Positions 60,181 to 64,000 of a stretch of DNA of 64,000 bases are shown piece by piece; positions within the stretch are counted from its first letter, which is position 1; each line of letters begins with the position of its first letter. A program made the position numbers and the translations under genes. The stretch is from Thermodesulfovibrionales bacterium (lineage in GTDB: Bacteria; Nitrospirota; Thermodesulfovibrionia; Thermodesulfovibrionales; SM23-35), in assembly GCA_963715195.1 (NCBI GenBank), contig CAVQRT010000030.1:192001-256000 (forward strand). The letters are read 5' to 3'. The notes beneath the pieces were generated by a model, which was not told where the DNA came from, did no database searches, and saw only the letters and a list, made by a program, of their open reading frames with translations.

Positions 60181-61494
60181 TCACACTTTGATATGTAGCA
60201 GGGGCAATCCAAGCCTCTGTCTTTTATTCTCACCCTTAAACAAATTTGTTGCCCTCTGGGGGACATCGTCCCGTTCTCCCTCATGCTGAGCCTGTATTTT
60301 TGTCGGCAGGCTTGCTGCGTGATGGACTGTGTATTTCCCAAACAGTTTTGACAGTTCATCGACAGCATGATAAATCCTGGACATCTTCTCTATCCTTGCA
60401 GGGTCATCAAAAAGTGTATGCTGAACAGCTATCTCTGAGACGAGGCCGGCCAGGATAATTCCTGTCTGACGATAAAAGCTGTGAAGCTTATAAACACGTT
60501 TAAACCCGTCCCGTAATGGGCCAAAAAGGTCTGATGGATAGGCGGTAGGGCGGGTCAATTTCATCTCGATCCCGCTATTTCTGAACTCCTTCGTCCTGAG
60601 AAAGATTATGAGCCTTGTTGCAGCGAGGTTATAACGCCGCGCCTTGATACAGGCATTCTCCAGGTTTTTTGCAAGCTGGGCAAAGATGAATGTTTCATCG
60701 TTAGAGGGAGGAGTAAAGGTCTTCGCTTTGCTGATAGACTGGTAGCTGCTCTTTTCTTCTGTGGTAACGGGATAGACAGACCGTCCATTCAGCTCATGCC
60801 AGATTTCCTGGTAGGGCTTGGAGAGGTGATTCCTTATAAAGTGTTCGTCCTCTTTGGCAAACTGCAGTGCTGTTATAATGCCGTACTTTCTCAGGAAAGC
60901 AGCTGTGTTGGGTCCAATCCCCCAGACTTTTTCGACAGGAAGATCTTTGAGATAGAGATGAATATCCCTTCCCGGAATGACGGTAAGTCCGTGTGGCTTT
61001 TTATGCTTTGATCCTATTTTTGCAAGAACCTTGGAAATACTCAGTCCAATTGATACGGTAAGCCCCAATTCTTCTTCAACCGCTTCCTGCATCTTCTGGG
61101 CAATCATTCCATAAGAGCCATGAAAACTTCTCCTCAGTCCTGTCAGGTCGGCAAAAGCCTCATCTATCGAGTACTCCTCCACATCAGGTGAAAAGCGTCT
61201 GAGTATCTCAAACATTCGGAGGGAGAAAAGGCTGTATGTCTCATAATCAGAGGGCAGGATAATGATATCCGGGCAGACCTTCTTTACTTCATAGAGGCTC
61301 ATCCCCCTTTTAACACCACTGGCTTTCGCCTCATAGCTAGCTGCTGCAACAATTCCCCGTTCCTTGCCCGTTATAACAGGTTTCCCCATGAGCTCCGGGT
61401 GGATTGCCTGTTCGCAGGAAGCAAAGAAGGCGTCTGCATCCAGATGGATGATCGCCCTCGGCCACGAATGGATCGTTAAAGGCTGGTTATCCAT
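60181..61494 (-). CDS. Y-family translesion DNA polymerase (UmuC/DinB-like)
   Basis: IHLDADAFFASCE, AASYEAK, YSIDEAF, VWGIG, little-finger domain and C-terminal extension. Confidence 0.93.
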   Translation of the reverse strand: MDNQPLTIHSWPRAIIHLDADAFFASCEQAIHPELMGKPVITGKERGIVAAASYEAKASGVKRGMSLYEVKKVCPDIIILPSDYETYSLFSLRMFEILRRFSPDVEEYSIDEAFADLTGLRRSFHGSYGMIAQKMQEAVEEELGLTVSIGLSISKVLAKIGSKHKKPHGLTVIPGRDIHLYLKDLPVEKVWGIGPNTAAFLRKYGIITALQFAKEDEHFIRNHLSKPYQEIWHELNGRSVYPVTTEEKSSYQSISKAKTFTPPSNDETFIFAQLAKNLENACIKARRYNLAATRLIIFLRTKEFRNSGIEMKLTRPTAYPSDLFGPLRDGFKRVYKLHSFYRQTGIILAGLVSEIAVQHTLFDDPARIEKMSRIYHAVDELSKLFGKYTVHHAASLPTKIQAQHEGERDDVPQRATNLFKGENKRQRLGLPLLHIKV

Positions 61495-61516
61495 ATGTTT
61501 CCTGAAGGAGGTAAAA

Positions 61517-62110
61517 CTACCGGTATTTTCTGACTACTGCCGTTACTACACCGGCAATCTTGAGTTCTTTTCTCGGTCTGATCAGCTGATACTTGGGATT
61601 TGCGGGAATGAGCACTACGCTCTCACCGCGTTTTTTAAGGTATTTCATCGTCCATTCACCGTCGACCTCGGCAATGACAATGTCTCCACTCTTGGGTTGT
61701 TCTCCCTTATCGACAAGCACCATATCACCGGGGAGTATGCCTGCCTCTGACATCGAATCTCCCGATACTTTCAGTAAAAAGGTTGCCTCAGGATTCTGTA
61801 TGAGGAGATCATCGAGAGACAGGTTATCAGCGAGCTCCTCCTCGGCAGGACTTGGAAATCCTGCCTCTACTGTTCCGAGCAGTTTTACCGGTAATCCTAT
61901 GGAGAGCGCTATAAGCCTTCCCTTATCATCTCGTTCGAGAACTTTTAGTTTTTCGAGTTTGTTGACGAGTCTATAGACCGCGTTTTTGGACCGAAATCCA
62001 GTCATCTCTGCTATTTCTGAATAACTCGGCATTCTGCCTCTCTGAAGATAAAAATTGGCTATCTTCTTGATTCTGCTCCTCAGCTTGTCTTCTCTGACTG
62101 TATTCTTCAT
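61517..62110 (-). CDS. lexA: LexA-type DNA-binding domain fused to UmuD-like S24 peptidase
   Basis: MPSYSEIAEMTGFRSKNAV (LexA wHTH); VEAGFPSPAEE...LSLDDLLI..PEATFLLKVSGDSM (UmuD-like); catalytic Ser (GDSM) and Lys (TMK). Confidence 0.85.
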   Translation of the reverse strand: MKNTVREDKLRSRIKKIANFYLQRGRMPSYSEIAEMTGFRSKNAVYRLVNKLEKLKVLERDDKGRLIALSIGLPVKLLGTVEAGFPSPAEEELADNLSLDDLLIQNPEATFLLKVSGDSMSEAGILPGDMVLVDKGEQPKSGDIVIAEVDGEWTMKYLKKRGESVVLIPANPKYQLIRPRKELKIAGVVTAVVRKYR

Positions 62111-62116
62111 GGCTTC

Positions 62117-62146
62117 ATTATAGAGTGAACGATAGTTCACTGTCAA
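62117..62146 (-). promoter_or_regulatory. Consensus sigma70 promoter with SOS-box-like operator in the spacer
   Basis: TTGACA (62146-62141), N18, TATAAT (62122-62117). Palindrome AGTGAAC-GATA-GTTCACT at 62124-62141. ATG lies 6 nt after the -10. Confidence 0.8.
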
Positions 62147-62198
62147 TAGATTTGGTTATACATATAAAAGACTTCTTCGTTTTATGGTACTTTATGAT

Positions 62199-62525
62199 AT
62201 GTGTGGCTGTTTTGTGAAAAGCAGCACCATCAAGAAAATCGCGGAATATTTTGACGTAGATCACCCCTCATTCGAGTTCGAGCCAAGCTATAACGTGGCT
62301 CCAACACATGACATACTAATAAGATCATAAGTATGAAGACATTAATTATAAAATCCCTCCTAACCTCCCTTTGCCAAAGGGAGGTTTTATACCCCTCTTT
62401 GGCAAAGAGGGGCGTGGGGAGATTTTTTGAGAATGATGTCTTACTTATGCACTCCTTAGTAACTATCATCAAAATCGGGGAGTAAAGCAGTTGGTTAAAT
62501 GTCACTGGGGATTTCCGTATTTGGT
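62199..62525 (+). pseudogene. SRAP/YedK (SOS response-associated peptidase) remnant
   Basis: MCGCFV...EPSYNVAPTHDI, interrupted by a repeat element. It resumes, frameshifted, as NRGVKQLVKCHWGF and is then truncated. Confidence 0.8.
62314..62461. mobile_element. MITE/REP-like palindromic element flanked by TA
   Basis: Imperfect terminal IRs (CTAA...CATAAGTA..AAGACAT / ATGTCTTACTTATG...TTAG). Internal hairpins CCTCCCTTTGCCAAAGGGAGG and CCCCTCTTTGGCAAAGAGGGG. TA at both ends. Confidence 0.7.
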
Positions 62526-62702
62526 TATTTTTACTATACCAAAAGACATATCTAATGAGCATGAACATGCGTCCCTATTTATTCTATTTATTTATCCACC
62601 TATTTATTTGCCGTGAAACAGTAGAAACCTTTTAATGGTTACGGTATACTTTTTTGCGGCTATACTGACAGCAAAGGGGTAGAACATCTGTACTAACAGG
62701 GT

Positions 62703-63146
62703 ATGACAAAAAATATTTATACCTTTTACATGCCGGGTGAAGAGCGTATCTTCCTTAATTATTTTCACGGGATTACATTCGCATTCCTGCTGTTATTTAG
62801 CTTACTCGGGTTTTTTATCACGAAGTTATCAACGGTGGATGCCATCTTCCATGCGCTTGTTTTTGTCCTGCCGTTCTATGGCGTGATTCTGATGTTTAAA
62901 AAGCGGTTTGCCAACGAGGTGACGCTTGATTTTGATGTTCGTAAGATTCGCTTTGTATTCCAGGATGAGAGGGGCACGATTGAAAGAGAGTTTCTTGAAA
63001 TCAAGAAAGTCAATTTTGGGTTTTATCTCACCTTTGTAATGAAAGATGCCAGAATAATGGTCAAACGACCGGATAATAAAAAGGAAATATTCCAGTTGCT
63101 AAAATCCGTTTTTACGGTTGACCGTGGTATTTTTTCAATAAACTAA
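62703..63146 (+). CDS. Hypothetical membrane protein (2 TM + small beta domain)
   Basis: 147-aa ORF with two hydrophobic segments. Confidence 0.65.
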   Translation: MTKNIYTFYMPGEERIFLNYFHGITFAFLLLFSLLGFFITKLSTVDAIFHALVFVLPFYGVILMFKKRFANEVTLDFDVRKIRFVFQDERGTIEREFLEIKKVNFGFYLTFVMKDARIMVKRPDNKKEIFQLLKSVFTVDRGIFSIN

Positions 63147-63768
63147 GAGCGACTAGGATTAAGGGCTTCACTTCTTTAAACCAGACCTGACCTGACGCCT
63201 TCGACTTGACAAATTTGTTCGCTGGTCACCGCGCTACACATAACAAAACTTGCTTTTTCTCGTATTTTCAATTGGTTAAATGCAATTATTGCTGCTTAGA
63301 AAACATTATCGGGCTGTGACATTGACGATTCATGACGTTCATCCGCAATGATCACTAGTATTGGAAAGAAACCCCCGATACTGCTTTCGTAGATTTTAAA
63401 CTTCTTCAAACACGCATTTATTACATATTGGGTCGGATGCGACTTTGAGATGAAAATCAACGTTTTGTTATACATAAAAACGCGAGGTTTATTGAGAAAA
63501 AGGAAGGCAAAATTGATATCTCAAGCGTGACCATCATTCGTTCCTTTCATAATCCTGTCATCTCTATTTACAGGAATATGGATGTATCTGTCTTACAAGG
63601 CAATAATCAATGTATACTGAGGAGAAGGAAAGCATATGGAACAAAAAGACTATACCGAGATATTAGGTGTAAGCCAAATAGGCAGTCAAGAGGTAACGTC
63701 AGGGATAGGCCTTCAAATATCATCCTGATAGAATCAGCGGTAAATTTAAAACAACTCCCAAGGATTGA

Positions 63769-64000
63769 ATGACTGACATACTACTTACGATTTTCAGCGG
63801 AATAGCCATAGTGGTAGGTATTGCAGGATGTATCTTGCCAGCTTTGCCTGGCCCCCCAGTATGTTACGCTGGATTAGTACTCTTGCAGTTCACTTCAAGT
63901 CAGCCATTTACTACCAAGTTTCTGCTTATCTTTGCGGGATTAACAATTCTGGTAACACTACTTGATTATGTCATACCCGTATACGGCACGAAGAAACTGC
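63769..64000 (+). CDS. DUF456 family membrane protein, 3'-partial
   Basis: MTDILLTIFSGIAIVVGIAGCILPALPGPP...LDYVIPVYGTKKL runs off the window end; not in the ORF track. Confidence 0.8.
   Translation, partial: MTDILLTIFSGIAIVVGIAGCILPALPGPPVCYAGLVLLQFTSSQPFTTKFLLIFAGLTILVTLLDYVIPVYGTKKL

Noticed and set aside
62230..62568. 112-aa minus-strand ORF
   Set aside because: It is a translation of the MITE and the antisense SRAP remnant.
63230..63285. Possible attC-like TAAC...GTTA site
   Set aside because: No internal L-box symmetry, no cassette array and no integrase.

Overview
A 64-kb stretch of bacterial chromosome. Gene content and order suggest a Nitrospirota (Thermodesulfovibrionia-like) or Desulfobacterota-like anaerobe; this is inference, not a database result. 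About 1-43.6 kb is mostly intact core genome. It holds two perfect parS sites in front of smc, the pheA-hisC-aroF-tyrA-aroA-cmk-ispH-rpsA-sppA-ihfB run, cobA/hemD, and a PAP2-ArnT/GT2/flippase envelope module. It also holds sixA, a beta-CASP MBL hydrolase, a STAS-GHKL kinase / orphan GroES / STAS-wHTH cluster, rmuC, queC, plsY-pgsA-kdsC and prpE. From about 43.6 kb the region is patchy and decaying. It contains an RRM-rpsU-infC operon in which rpsU and infC appear to use non-canonical start codons, an orphan phoU, candidate C-rich sRNAs, a dead toxin gene and frameshifted arsC-acr3. It also contains a cobalamin riboswitch-btuB, xseAB, a dinB remnant, a 6S RNA, and an autoregulated LexA/UmuD-hybrid + Y-family polymerase cassette facing a MITE-disrupted SRAP gene. 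The best candidates for undescribed systems are the STAS-kinase/STAS-wHTH pair with its operator-like repeat, the RRM-S21-IF3 module, and the LexA/UmuD hybrid cassette. No tRNA, rRNA or CRISPR array was seen. All family calls come from motif recognition by eye, and several start codons were moved from the ORF track based on RBS or promoter context.
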